A DNA stretch of 58,282 bases from Cytophagales bacterium (lineage in GTDB: Bacteria > Bacteroidota > Bacteroidia > Cytophagales > ES-bin-26). Numbering within the stretch: the stretch's first letter is position 1; each line of letters starts with the position of its first letter. The position numbers were made by a program, and so were the translations under genes. The stretch covers positions 1 to 58,282 of the forward strand of contig JACMKY010000100.1 of the NCBI GenBank assembly GCA_014379925.1, written 5' to 3'. Of the stretch, positions 36,301 through 43,850 are shown piece by piece. A model generated the notes under the pieces. That model saw nothing but the letters and a program-made list of their open reading frames with translations. It had not been told where the DNA came from and did not search any database.

Positions 36301-36632
36301 CAGGAAACCGAAGTGAAGGCCAACGCCAGGCGCAACGCCACCACGGAGAGCAGCAGGGCCAGGGCTTCCACCACCGTAGCCCGCGCAAGGGACAAGTGCT
36401 TTTCTACTTTCAGGTACGTTGCCATCACCAACAGCAGCATCCCGGAAGCGATGATGTAGAGGTAGGGAAAGCGGTCGGTCGGGAGTTCGGTCAGGAAGAT
36501 GGCCCCCGCCGCCGTCAGGAACACGGCCAGGGCCAGCGCCTGGAAAAAGGAATACAGCCAGAGCGTGCGCACGATCCAGCCCTCGCCCGGCCGCAAGTTG
36601 AGTAAACGCTCGATGTGGAGGGAAGCCTTCAT
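33327..36632 (-). CDS. Polytopic transporter-like membrane domain, HEAT repeats and C-terminal cyclic-nucleotide-binding domain
   Basis: 1101 aa. The N-terminal ~430 aa have about 11-12 TM helices. The middle is helical-repeat rich (LLTHPTPEVRQEAL, LLQDPATEVRLAAL, HHPVVAVRNQVL, all HEAT-like). The C-terminus has the cNMP cassette FGELSLLDPEPRSASV. Confidence 0.85.
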   Translation of the reverse strand: MKASLHIERLLNLRPGEGWIVRTLWLYSFFQALALAVFLTAAGAIFLTELPTDRFPYLYIIASGMLLLVMATYLKVEKHLSLARATVVEALALLLSVVALRLALAFTSVSWLAFALMVWHRVMVLLTNSDFVRLSALLFDVRQSKRLLGVVGSGELPASVTGYLLASALVSSIGAPNLLWISVGGFGLSLLCLGLIIQKRRSHLEAAETDAESAAPPGLLRNDFIRLLGLVTLFATVAAIFVDFAFLSQVQDQFREQTRIAAFLGIFFGLAELVSFLVKTALYSRLTSRFGIHLALMVLPLGLLAATLVGMAAGLASSTATAVLWVWVGMMFISKALKNSLYDAAFLTLLQPLSKRLRLTAHDAISFVEAFAVGLTGLVLLGLTRSDFFGLAFVNGLLFAVLAGWLVLLTLANRAYLRTLGEALANRLLRGSSLVLNDAASLELVRNKLRSDHPGEVLYAMSLLTKANLSPDRFLAVLLTHPTPEVRQEALSQVECLKLTGLQTAVRERMNHEAVPAIRKTAIRTYCALGESEVIDEISPWLEHPDGEARKGALVGLIRSGGISGVIVAGGYLTRLIVSSLPEERTLAAAVIGEVGIAQFYHPLLGLLQDPATEVRLAALRACGSIRNPRLFPLMIRAVGWSPVFEAASRSLVEAGEAVMPAFEKEFARSGAVSGTDAGRLRRLSHVAGRIGGPSAIDLLKAHLHHPVVAVRNQVLHSLATARYQAVGRERETVLNVIRAELTDAAWYLNAGQALEAYPPDPAADLEKMGAALREELGQLKNRLLGLLSFVYDASIILRARDSLRVPEKRANALEMLDVLLSKELHQTLLPLFDDLPGSRLTRQLGAHFPHPKRNLPDYLRCLVLGKEPAVGSWTRAVALFTIRALSLASLREEVARVFEEATARSEPLIAETAWWTLTHLHPEYTSSLSRNGAPTGSAVKQFSHQPMNTSLLTVEKVMVLKTIPIFAETSEEVLVDIAAIVREVSVKAGERVFEKDEVGTCMYIIHEGAVRVHDGGYTLAELSGRDFFGELSLLDPEPRSASVTALKDTLLLRLDQPTFYEIMADRIEVTREILKILCRRLRAQNKQLAALRQATDETRN

Positions 36633-36634
36633 GG

Positions 36635-37240
36635 CTACACCGCCAGCAACTGCCGGATTTCAGTCAGGTGTTTCTGCTTGAGCAGCTCCCGTGCCGCCCG
36701 GGCGGTGGGGGTGAAGTACCGGTGCTGCTCCAGGAACCGCAATTGAATCTCGTTCCACTGCCGCTCCGAACGGATCAGGCCGTGTTCCATTAATTCCCGT
36801 TGCAGGCCCTGCGCAATGGCGTGAAAGTCACCGCGCCCCAGGTAATCCAGGTCGGCGTCGCACATTACCCGTTCCAGGTGCGTACGCGGGGATTGCGGGA
36901 TGCGGGTAGCCAGGATGATGCCCCCCACAATGCCTACCTGATCGGCCGAGTAGCCGAACCGGGGCAATGCTTCCCCGGCAATGCGCACGGCAATGGGTTC
37001 GTTGTCCTGGTATTGTTCCAGGAAACCCGCGTCGTGGTAGTAAGCGGCCGTACGGAGCAACGTCAGGTCGTTGCCCGCCACGTTTTCCTTTTTCGCCAGC
37101 TTCTCCACCGACCGGCAAACGTCCAGCGTGTGGTGCCAGCCGTGGTAGTGAAGGTCCGGGGCAAGTTCGTTCCGCAGACGTCCGACGATGTGGTTTTTGG
37201 CTTCGCTGAAATTCATTGCATTACTTTGAACGGGAGACAC
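36635..37240 (-). CDS. HD-domain metal-dependent phosphohydrolase
   Basis: 201 aa. HYHGWHHTLDV and AAYYHDAGF form the H...HD signature. Its stop lies 2 nt before the start of the cNMP-binding protein gene. Confidence 0.85.
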   Translation of the reverse strand: MSPVQSNAMNFSEAKNHIVGRLRNELAPDLHYHGWHHTLDVCRSVEKLAKKENVAGNDLTLLRTAAYYHDAGFLEQYQDNEPIAVRIAGEALPRFGYSADQVGIVGGIILATRIPQSPRTHLERVMCDADLDYLGRGDFHAIAQGLQRELMEHGLIRSERQWNEIQLRFLEQHRYFTPTARAARELLKQKHLTEIRQLLAV

Positions 37241-37413
37241 CTACTCCGCACCAACGCGACCGTCCGGGCAACGGACCAAATGTAGTTTTTTTTGGGGAAC
37301 TGCAAAATGGCTGGCCGGGGATTAGCGCAACCGATTTCCCGAAATGAGCGATTCCGCGGAAAATAGTTTTTTGGCAGTTACGTTTACGGATCGACCTCTG
37401 TTCTCCGCTGCTT

Positions 37414-37956
37414 ATGCATCGTCTCTTTTGGACCGCCGGCTGGTTGTTCTTGCCTTCCTGCTCACTGGCTCAATTCGCCCGGTCCGTCCCCCCGCCGTCG
37501 GCCGTCCCCGCCCGCCTGGCCCCCCCGGTGGAACTCTACACGCGCGGCTACGGTGCCATCGTGGGCGTGCAACAGGGCCGGTATACGTTTCTCGAACTGG
37601 GCGGGGAAGCCAACTGGCGGACGGTCACGCTGTCCCACCCGCGTACGTACGGCGTGGGTGGCAACCTGGAGTACAACTTCGGACGGGGCGTGTTGGGTTG
37701 GAAGGCCTTCGGCTGGGTCCGGCCCGGGCGGATCGACTTCTCCTACGGCGCAAACCTGGTTTATTACACGGACTTCGATCGGGTTCGTTTCGGGATCGGG
37801 CCGTCGCTGGGCTACAAACTGCTCGGCTTTCACTTGCTGGCCGGGGCCAACCTGCTGGCCGGCAACCGCGCCATGACTTCCTACAATCCCTTTTACTTCA
37901 CCATCCGCTACTACGCCCCAATCCAGAAAAAAACGGGCTTCCGGAGGAGTAAATGA
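37414..37956 (+). CDS. Hypothetical secreted protein, possibly a small beta-barrel
   Basis: 180 aa with signal peptide MHRLFWTAGWLFLPSCSLAQ. Alternating aromatic/Gly strands are present (LEYNFGRGVLGWKAFGW, FSYGANLVYYTDF). I recognise no family. Confidence 0.55.
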   Translation: MHRLFWTAGWLFLPSCSLAQFARSVPPPSAVPARLAPPVELYTRGYGAIVGVQQGRYTFLELGGEANWRTVTLSHPRTYGVGGNLEYNFGRGVLGWKAFGWVRPGRIDFSYGANLVYYTDFDRVRFGIGPSLGYKLLGFHLLAGANLLAGNRAMTSYNPFYFTIRYYAPIQKKTGFRRSK

Positions 37957-38062
37957 GTTGATGAGTTGATGAGTTGATGAGGCTTCTTTTCAATCCATTG
38001 CCCAAATTCATCCGTCGATGCATTGCAGCGACGCTACTCCTTCATCCATCAACTCATCAACT
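37953..38062. repeat. Copy B of the dispersed repeat: (ATGAGTTG)x3, inner hairpin, then inverted CATCAACTCATCAACT
   Basis: ATGAGTTG repeats three times at 37953-37976. The inner palindromic hairpin CGTCG-ATGCATTGCAG-CGACG lies at 38013-38033, followed by ACGCTACTCC. CATCAACTCATCAACT at 38047-38062 is the inverted complement of the left array. The element fills the whole spacer between two convergent stop codons. Confidence 0.85.
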
Positions 38063-38064
38063 TC

Positions 38065-39735
38065 CTACCTCACTTTCGCATCGAAGGCGCCGGTCAGGAT
38101 TTTGCCTTCGCGTTTGATCTGCACCCAGATGCGGTAGTCGCCCGGCTCGGGGAAGGCGTAGGGGAAAGCCACGGTGGATGCTTCGTGCCCGGCGTGCAAC
38201 GGGTCAGCCGACGCGGGGGCGTGGTTCATTGCCGGCATCAGCAGGGCGTTCCGGTCGGTTTCGTTCATGGCGGCCAGCCTGGATAGCACCTGGTCTACGC
38301 TGTCGCGGAAGACCTGGGTGTCGGGTGCCGCAGGAGCGGCTCCTTCGGCGGCGATCCGGGATTCCATGAACTGCTGCTGGGCCATCGAGTACGTACCCAC
38401 CGGGTGCAAGTGAATGAAAACCCGTCCGTCGTCGCGCAGCACCGCCGCGTGACCCATCATGCCCAGGTAGGGTTCCAGCGCCGCGGGTTGTCCCGCCGCC
38501 GTTTGCACCCGGAAGGTCAGCGGATACACTTTGCCGGCTTGCAGGGCCCCGCCCGGGGATTGCTCCCAGGTGATGAGCGAACCGTCGGACAAACGCGTTC
38601 GGATGCCCGGGCTGCCGCACAACACGGCGTTGCTGTCGGCCAGCAGCGGCTGCCCCGATGCCAGCGGATTGGTCACCACGTAGGTGTCTTCGGTATCCCG
38701 GCGCAATCCGGCCGGGTTGAATGACGCGAGCGCAACGGAGACGTTGGGTACCGAGATGTCCACCGTATCGGTGATGGTAACCGGAAAGCCGTTGCGGAAA
38801 ACCACGTCGGCGTACACCAGGTAGCGTCCCGCCGGTACGTTCGGCAGCGCGACCTGAAAAGTGACCGTATCTTTCCGCACCGGGTGGAGGTGAGCGAACA
38901 CGTCCAGGGTACCCTGCCGCACCAGAAACAGGTGCATCAGTTTCCCGTGGTCGGCAACCAGGTAGCTCAACCGCTGATCGCCCACCGAAGCGGTGTCCAT
39001 CCGCAGGGTCAGCACCCGCTGGGCGTCGGGCGCGTCCACGCGGGCGGTGGCGGTGATGGGCCGGTACATGAACCGACGGTAGTCGTCTGCCCAACCGTTC
39101 CACCACGCGCTTCCCCCGTAGAGAATCAATCCGCAAAGCAGGGTGGTGACGCCCATCGCCACCAGCCGCTTGCGCCGGAGGGCGGGGGTGAGGGCTTCGC
39201 CGGGTTTCAGGGTGCCGTCGCTGACGCTGGCACCCACGGTGGTGACCATCAAGGCCAGCAACAATGCCCCCAGTCCGGCCAGTATCCAACCCAACTGCGC
39301 GGGCATTTCCCGCTGGGCCGTGACGGCGGCCAGCACGGGAATCGACGCCGTTCCCCGGCCCGCCGCGCCTTCCACCGCGATGCGCACGCTGGAGGAGCCG
39401 CGCCACATCAGCCAGACCAGGCCCTGGTAGTGTCCCGGCTGCCCGGCCACCGCCTGAATTTCGTCGGGCGAAGGCGCTCCCTCGTCCCCGGCCACCCAGT
39501 GGATGGGCTGCACCGTCACCCGCCGGACGCCCGCCCCCTCCACAAAAACCGACAGTTGGGCCGTACCCGGAATCACGTCGGGGGGTTGTACGTTCACCAG
39601 AATCCGGTACGGTCCGGCCACGCCCTGGTAGACCACGCCCGGGCTGCCGACGTGGGCGTTGGCGAGGGAAAACGTGAAGAGCAGGCAGCAGGCGAGAAAA
39701 CCCCGTATCTGCCGTTCGTTGGTAGGTTGGGTCAT
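38065..39735 (-). CDS. Secreted/membrane protein with N-terminal His after the signal peptide, two central TM helices and two HLHP-containing Ig-like domains (putative metal binding)
   Basis: The Met at 39735 (MTQPTNERQIRGFLACCLLFTFSLANA/HVGSPG) avoids overlap with the upstream gene. Repeats are GKLMHLFLVRQGTLDVFAHLHPV and GMMGHAAVLRDDGRVFIHLHPVG. The C-terminal FPEPGDYRIWVQIKREGKILTGAF resembles YtkA/cupredoxin-like metal-binding domains (recalled). Confidence 0.7.
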   Translation of the reverse strand: MTQPTNERQIRGFLACCLLFTFSLANAHVGSPGVVYQGVAGPYRILVNVQPPDVIPGTAQLSVFVEGAGVRRVTVQPIHWVAGDEGAPSPDEIQAVAGQPGHYQGLVWLMWRGSSSVRIAVEGAAGRGTASIPVLAAVTAQREMPAQLGWILAGLGALLLALMVTTVGASVSDGTLKPGEALTPALRRKRLVAMGVTTLLCGLILYGGSAWWNGWADDYRRFMYRPITATARVDAPDAQRVLTLRMDTASVGDQRLSYLVADHGKLMHLFLVRQGTLDVFAHLHPVRKDTVTFQVALPNVPAGRYLVYADVVFRNGFPVTITDTVDISVPNVSVALASFNPAGLRRDTEDTYVVTNPLASGQPLLADSNAVLCGSPGIRTRLSDGSLITWEQSPGGALQAGKVYPLTFRVQTAAGQPAALEPYLGMMGHAAVLRDDGRVFIHLHPVGTYSMAQQQFMESRIAAEGAAPAAPDTQVFRDSVDQVLSRLAAMNETDRNALLMPAMNHAPASADPLHAGHEASTVAFPYAFPEPGDYRIWVQIKREGKILTGAFDAKVR

Positions 39736-39737
39736 GG

Positions 39738-40874
39738 TCAGCGTTGAATGTTTTGCATCCACTTTCCCCACGCCAAGCCGAGCCGGGCCGAAACAACGCC
39801 GATCGCGAGGGCGATTCCCAAGCCCTTCAGCAAACCAGGGGTGCTCTCCAGGTTCCAGGAGGCGTACTTGAACCGGTATTCCCAGGTCGGATCGTTGCCG
39901 AAGTACCACGACTCCTGGCCGAAAACCCAGCTGCGCCCCACCGGCGACATCAGCAGGTTGCCCATCGGCCACTGCACGGCCAGCAACACCACCAGGAAGG
40001 CAAAACCCATTACAACCGACAGGAGCCAATCGTTTTTCCCCGCGAAACGATTCAGCAGCCAGTCAAGGGCCAGGGCCGGAAAGACCAGCAGCAGGGGGAA
40101 GTGAAAAGCCTGGTAGTGCGTGAGGTGATTGAGGACCGGACCGAGTTTGGGCTCGGCGGGAAACAACGGCAGGATCCACACCAGCAACGCCAGGATGGCC
40201 GAATAAACGCCGGCGGTGGCCGTAGCCGCCCACCGGAGTTGGGATGCGCGCGCCGCCGCCACCAGCAACAGGGGAAAAACGAGACTGGCAACCTGGTAGA
40301 ACGACGAGTGGTGCATCGAGAACCGGTCCAGCGAGTCGGAGGCCATCGTGAAGAGGGTAACCAACAGCAAGCCCGCCGCCACCACGAACAGCAACCGCCA
40401 AGAGAAGTTTCTTCTCTCAATCCGTTCGAGTGACCAGCCGGACGGGTTTTCGTTCCGGTTCTGCAACGCCAAAACCCCGATCATCGCTCCGAACTGTACC
40501 ATCATAATGCCCAGGGCCAACACCACGTGGGGCGGCGAGAGGATGACTACGTCCAGGCCGTAGGTGTTGTGCCACCAGTCGTCGAAGGGCGCGGAGGTGA
40601 GCATGGCAAAAGCGCCCCAGATGCAAAACAAGGCGCCCGTTGAACCGTGGAAGATGCCCCAAAACCGCACGCTCTGGCCCTTTTCGGCGAGGCTGCCGGC
40701 AAAGCTAACTTTCAGGACTCGGTAGCCGGAGAAAACGCCGGATACCACGGCGCCGAGGTAGATCAACAGGTGCGGTGGCGAAAGCAACCCGTCGCGGCCG
40801 ATGCTGGTGTGCCAGGAAATGTCCCAGATCAGGCCTACGATGATGCACAACGAGGAGAATACGGTGGCTTCCAT
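39738..40874 (-). CDS. Polytopic membrane protein with a duplicated WH...SPPH motif, family unknown
   Basis: The Met at 40874 gives 378 aa with about 10 TM helices. The duplicated motif reads WDISWHTSIGRDGLLSPPHLLIYLG and DDWWHNTYGLDVVILSPPHVVLALG. Its stop lies 2 nt before the start of the 38065 gene. Confidence 0.7.
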   Translation of the reverse strand: MEATVFSSLCIIVGLIWDISWHTSIGRDGLLSPPHLLIYLGAVVSGVFSGYRVLKVSFAGSLAEKGQSVRFWGIFHGSTGALFCIWGAFAMLTSAPFDDWWHNTYGLDVVILSPPHVVLALGIMMVQFGAMIGVLALQNRNENPSGWSLERIERRNFSWRLLFVVAAGLLLVTLFTMASDSLDRFSMHHSSFYQVASLVFPLLLVAAARASQLRWAATATAGVYSAILALLVWILPLFPAEPKLGPVLNHLTHYQAFHFPLLLVFPALALDWLLNRFAGKNDWLLSVVMGFAFLVVLLAVQWPMGNLLMSPVGRSWVFGQESWYFGNDPTWEYRFKYASWNLESTPGLLKGLGIALAIGVVSARLGLAWGKWMQNIQR

Positions 40875-41092
40875 GGATGGGGCTGGATAAAAATGGAGGT
40901 TAACGCGGGATGGTTCGAAAGGTAAGCATAATTCAGGATCACCCGGTTGGTTCAACGGTGAATTACCGGATTGATGCCAAGACAAGCGGGCGGGCAAATA
41001 CCCCTACGCGGAGAGGGAAAATTTTCAGTTGGTCCCCGGAACGACCTACGGTAATCGCCTGGAAAACGCTTAACTAGCTGGAATACAACTAG

Positions 41093-41368
41093 ACCGGTGA
41101 ATGCTTCACGAAAATTAACTCCGAAATTCTTCTCTACCAAGCCGACGATGGCAAAACGGCATTGGAAGTGCAATTGCGGGATGAAACCACCTGGCTTAGT
41201 TTGAATCAATTGGCTGATCTGTTTGGGAGAGACAAATCGGTCATATCAAGGCACTTGAAAAATATTTTCGAATCCGGTGAATTGAGCCAGCCGGCAACTG
41301 TTGCAAAAAATGCAACGGTTCAGCAGGAAGGGGGCCGACAAGTGATCAGGGAAATTGATTACTTCAAC
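41093..41368 (+). pseudogene. Remnant of a RhuM-family (virulence-associated, Fic/DOC-linked) gene: N-terminal ~90 codons, no ATG, truncated
   Basis: The in-frame translation is KINSEILLYQADDGKTALEVQLRDETTWLSLNQLADLFGRDKSVISRHLKNIFESGELSQPATVAKNATVQQEGGRQVIREIDYFN. This matches the conserved RhuM N-terminus (recalled). The expected LDVIISVGYRV continuation is missing and the sequence becomes low-complexity. Confidence 0.6.
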
Positions 41369-41551
41369 ACTTCGTGGTTAAGAACCATTCCTTCTCCGAC
41401 GGCAACAAACGCATCGCCGCCGATGGTTTCTGGACCAGAACCGAGCCCTCTACAAACCCGACGGAAGCCGCCGCCTGGCCGAACCGGCCGGGGATGTTTG
41501 CCTGACCCAGCGGTGGATGAAAAAAACAACGGGAAGGCACGTTCTGAAAGG

Positions 41552-43243
41552 CTATAAAACAGGAGAATGCAAGGCTTGCCCCGGCCGTTGAAAAAGGTCG
41601 GCGGCCAGGCGGGCATCGTGCCCGTAAATGTCTTCCCGGAACTGCACCGTTCCCGTGCTGTCCTGCCAGGCCGTGAAGTAGGCCAGGAACACGGGTATCT
41701 TCGTCTTCAACCGGATGTATTGCTCTTTGCCTTCCTTCAATGTCTGCTGCACTTTGGCCGGCGTCCAGAGCGAGTCGCCCCTCATCAGATAAGCTTGCAA
41801 AGCGAAAGGGTCGCTCAGGCGGATACAGCCGTGGCTGAAACCCCTTTCCGACCGGTTGAACATCCCCCGGCCCGGCGTATCGTGCAGGTAGATGTCGTAG
41901 GAATTGGGTAAAAGGAATTTGATGCGTCCCAGCGGATTCCCGGGTCCGGGTTGCTGACGAATGGTGTACCGGAAATTGCTGGCCGTGGTAGTATTCCAGT
42001 CGATTTGCGCCGGATTTATGGCCACATTGCTGACCTCGGCGAATAATTCCATCCGGTGGTTCGGCAGGTAATCGGCGCTGGCCCTTAACTTGGGCAGCAC
42101 TTCACCCACGGCGATGCTGTGGGGCACGCCCCAGGTAGGATTCAGCACCACGTATTCGATCTCGTCGTCGAAGATGGTGGTGGCGGTGGCCGCTTTGCCC
42201 ACAATCACGTCCATCTGCCAGACCTGACGGTTATTCTCAAACACGTGCAGCACAAACTCCGGGATGTTGATGCCCAGGTAGGTACCTGGTTTGCCGGCCG
42301 GAATCCATCGCCAGCGTTCCATATTCAATAGAATCTGGTTAATTCGTCGCTCAACCGGCACGTTGAGTTGTGCCAACGTTTTCGCGGTAAGGGTGCCCGT
42401 AGTCGCCAGCCCGTGCCGTTGCTGAAACTTTTTGAGTCCCTGCGTCAGCGATTCATCGAAGGTGGAGTCGATGGCCGCGTCCCGGGGAATGTCCTGGGTG
42501 AGTTGCAACCTTTTCTTCAGGGCAAAAATAACTTCCCGGTTGGCTTCGTCGGCCAGGTTTTGGTACTGCCCGGCGGGAAGTAGCGGCCAGCCACCCGCTT
42601 GGGCAATCTGCCGGTAGGTTTGGAGGGCTTTCCGAAGCCGCCCGTATTCCCGGTGGAGGGGTTCGAAGGTTGCAAAGGATAAGCTGCCGTTCAGCAAGGA
42701 CACCAAAATGCGGTGGTAATCGAATGATTTACCGGCAATGAACCAGCGGGCTTTTAAAGGATCAATCTTGCCTTTCCACAACCGGGGTGCGTACGTAAGA
42801 AACGAGGCCGTCAGCAGTGCGTCCAGTTCCTGCCGGAGTGGTTGGCCGGTGATTTTTTCCGAATGGACCGAATCGGTGGCTGCCAGGTAAAGCCGTTCCA
42901 GGTCTTCCGAGTAATACTCCTTCGTCGGCAACCCATCGTCCTGGGCGTGGTTTACCAGGTTGATAAACATACTGGCCAAGGCGTGCATCGTTCCCCCTTT
43001 CGACCAGACCAGGGCGTAGGGCGAATGGTTGCCAACCGTGTCGGCGTAGAACCGGATCACGCTACCGATGGCAATGGAGTCCAGGTTGTATTTCTGCAAT
43101 TGCTGCCGGATGAGCAGGCTATCGGTTTGCTCGGTTAATCCAGGCTTGGTACCACCGTTCGATGGGGCGGTGGCTTGGTCAGTCTTCTTCCCCGCGCAGG
43201 AAAAACACCAGGCAAGGAGAAGGACTGGGTAAAAATATTTCAT
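41552..43243 (-). CDS. L,D-transpeptidase family lipoprotein (YcbB/YkuD-like) with peptidoglycan-binding domain
   Basis: 563 aa with lipobox LLLAWCFSCAG. A PG-binding-like LKKFQQRHGLATTGTLTAKTLAQLN and the catalytic YLHDTP...SHGCIRLSDP are present. Confidence 0.9.
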   Translation of the reverse strand: MKYFYPVLLLAWCFSCAGKKTDQATAPSNGGTKPGLTEQTDSLLIRQQLQKYNLDSIAIGSVIRFYADTVGNHSPYALVWSKGGTMHALASMFINLVNHAQDDGLPTKEYYSEDLERLYLAATDSVHSEKITGQPLRQELDALLTASFLTYAPRLWKGKIDPLKARWFIAGKSFDYHRILVSLLNGSLSFATFEPLHREYGRLRKALQTYRQIAQAGGWPLLPAGQYQNLADEANREVIFALKKRLQLTQDIPRDAAIDSTFDESLTQGLKKFQQRHGLATTGTLTAKTLAQLNVPVERRINQILLNMERWRWIPAGKPGTYLGINIPEFVLHVFENNRQVWQMDVIVGKAATATTIFDDEIEYVVLNPTWGVPHSIAVGEVLPKLRASADYLPNHRMELFAEVSNVAINPAQIDWNTTTASNFRYTIRQQPGPGNPLGRIKFLLPNSYDIYLHDTPGRGMFNRSERGFSHGCIRLSDPFALQAYLMRGDSLWTPAKVQQTLKEGKEQYIRLKTKIPVFLAYFTAWQDSTGTVQFREDIYGHDARLAADLFQRPGQALHSPVL

Positions 43244-43540
43244 GGGATCAACAGCGCACGGATTCGTTTCACAAGGATGAGAAGACTTGGTGAATCGGTT
43301 GTCGGCAGTAAAGTTACGGCGTCAAGTAAACGCCGACCGAACAATTGTTCATCAAAATATAACGATAAACAGATAGGTGCTTAAATAGCGTCGGCCTGTA
43401 AAGGGGGTTCACGCCAAGACCGCCAACAAGCCTTTGCGCAGCGTACGCGTCACCCTGCGTTTGAAGGCGTTTTGATTCCGGATTACGAGTCCGATACCCC
43501 CGATGAAGTGGCAGCCAAGGAGGAAAATTTCCGGGCCTAA

Positions 43541-43850
43541 GCCAAATCCCACTGGCAGAACACGGTAGAGAACATCCCCGCCGAATACCCGGAACTGGCC
43601 GTGGAATCGACCGTAGTGAATGGCTTCGTGGGTGAGCAAATTACTGCGGTGGCGCGGACTCACTGGGTAGCAATGGTTGCGATGGGCACCGTAGGAGTGG
43701 GGTGGGGGAGAGGAAGTACGGATGGGAAGCAATACGACCGAAGTAATTCAAAAAGCACCGTGCCCGGTACTGGCCGTACCCGATCAGGCCCACGTGCCTA
43801 ATGCGCCATCCGCCAAAGAGTTAGTAGATCAAGCAATCACGCAGATCTGA
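43541..43850 (+). pseudogene. Universal stress protein (UspA family) C-terminal remnant, frameshifted
   Basis: One frame reads ...GFVGEQITAVARTHWVAMVAMGTVGVGWGRG. A second frame reads MGSNTTEVIQKAPCPVLAVPDQ...stop. Together they reproduce the Usp C-terminal pattern (DLIVMGTHG...LLGSVT..V...A.CPVLVVP) across a frameshift near 43700-43720. No intact N-terminal half is present upstream. Confidence 0.55.

Noticed and set aside
39736-40029. An upstream extension of the 38065 ORF would make a 654-aa product. Similar N-terminal extensions exist for ORFs at 40875-40997, 44838-45002, 44880-45062, 29449-29583 and 17519-17617.
   Set aside because: The extensions overlap neighbouring genes or are low-complexity. 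In each case an internal Met gives a proper signal peptide, TM start or family-typical N-terminus.
41162-41557. A 131-aa ORF might be an intact small gene.
   Set aside because: Only the first ~69 codons (plus ~23 upstream codons lacking an ATG) resemble RhuM. The rest is Pro/Gly/Arg-rich and runs into the 3' end of the convergent transpeptidase gene. It is called a remnant instead.
43409-43732. A 107-aa minus-strand ORF lies in the Usp remnant region.
   Set aside because: It has no motifs and an odd composition. The plus strand shows recognisable, although frameshifted, Usp C-terminal motifs over the same DNA.
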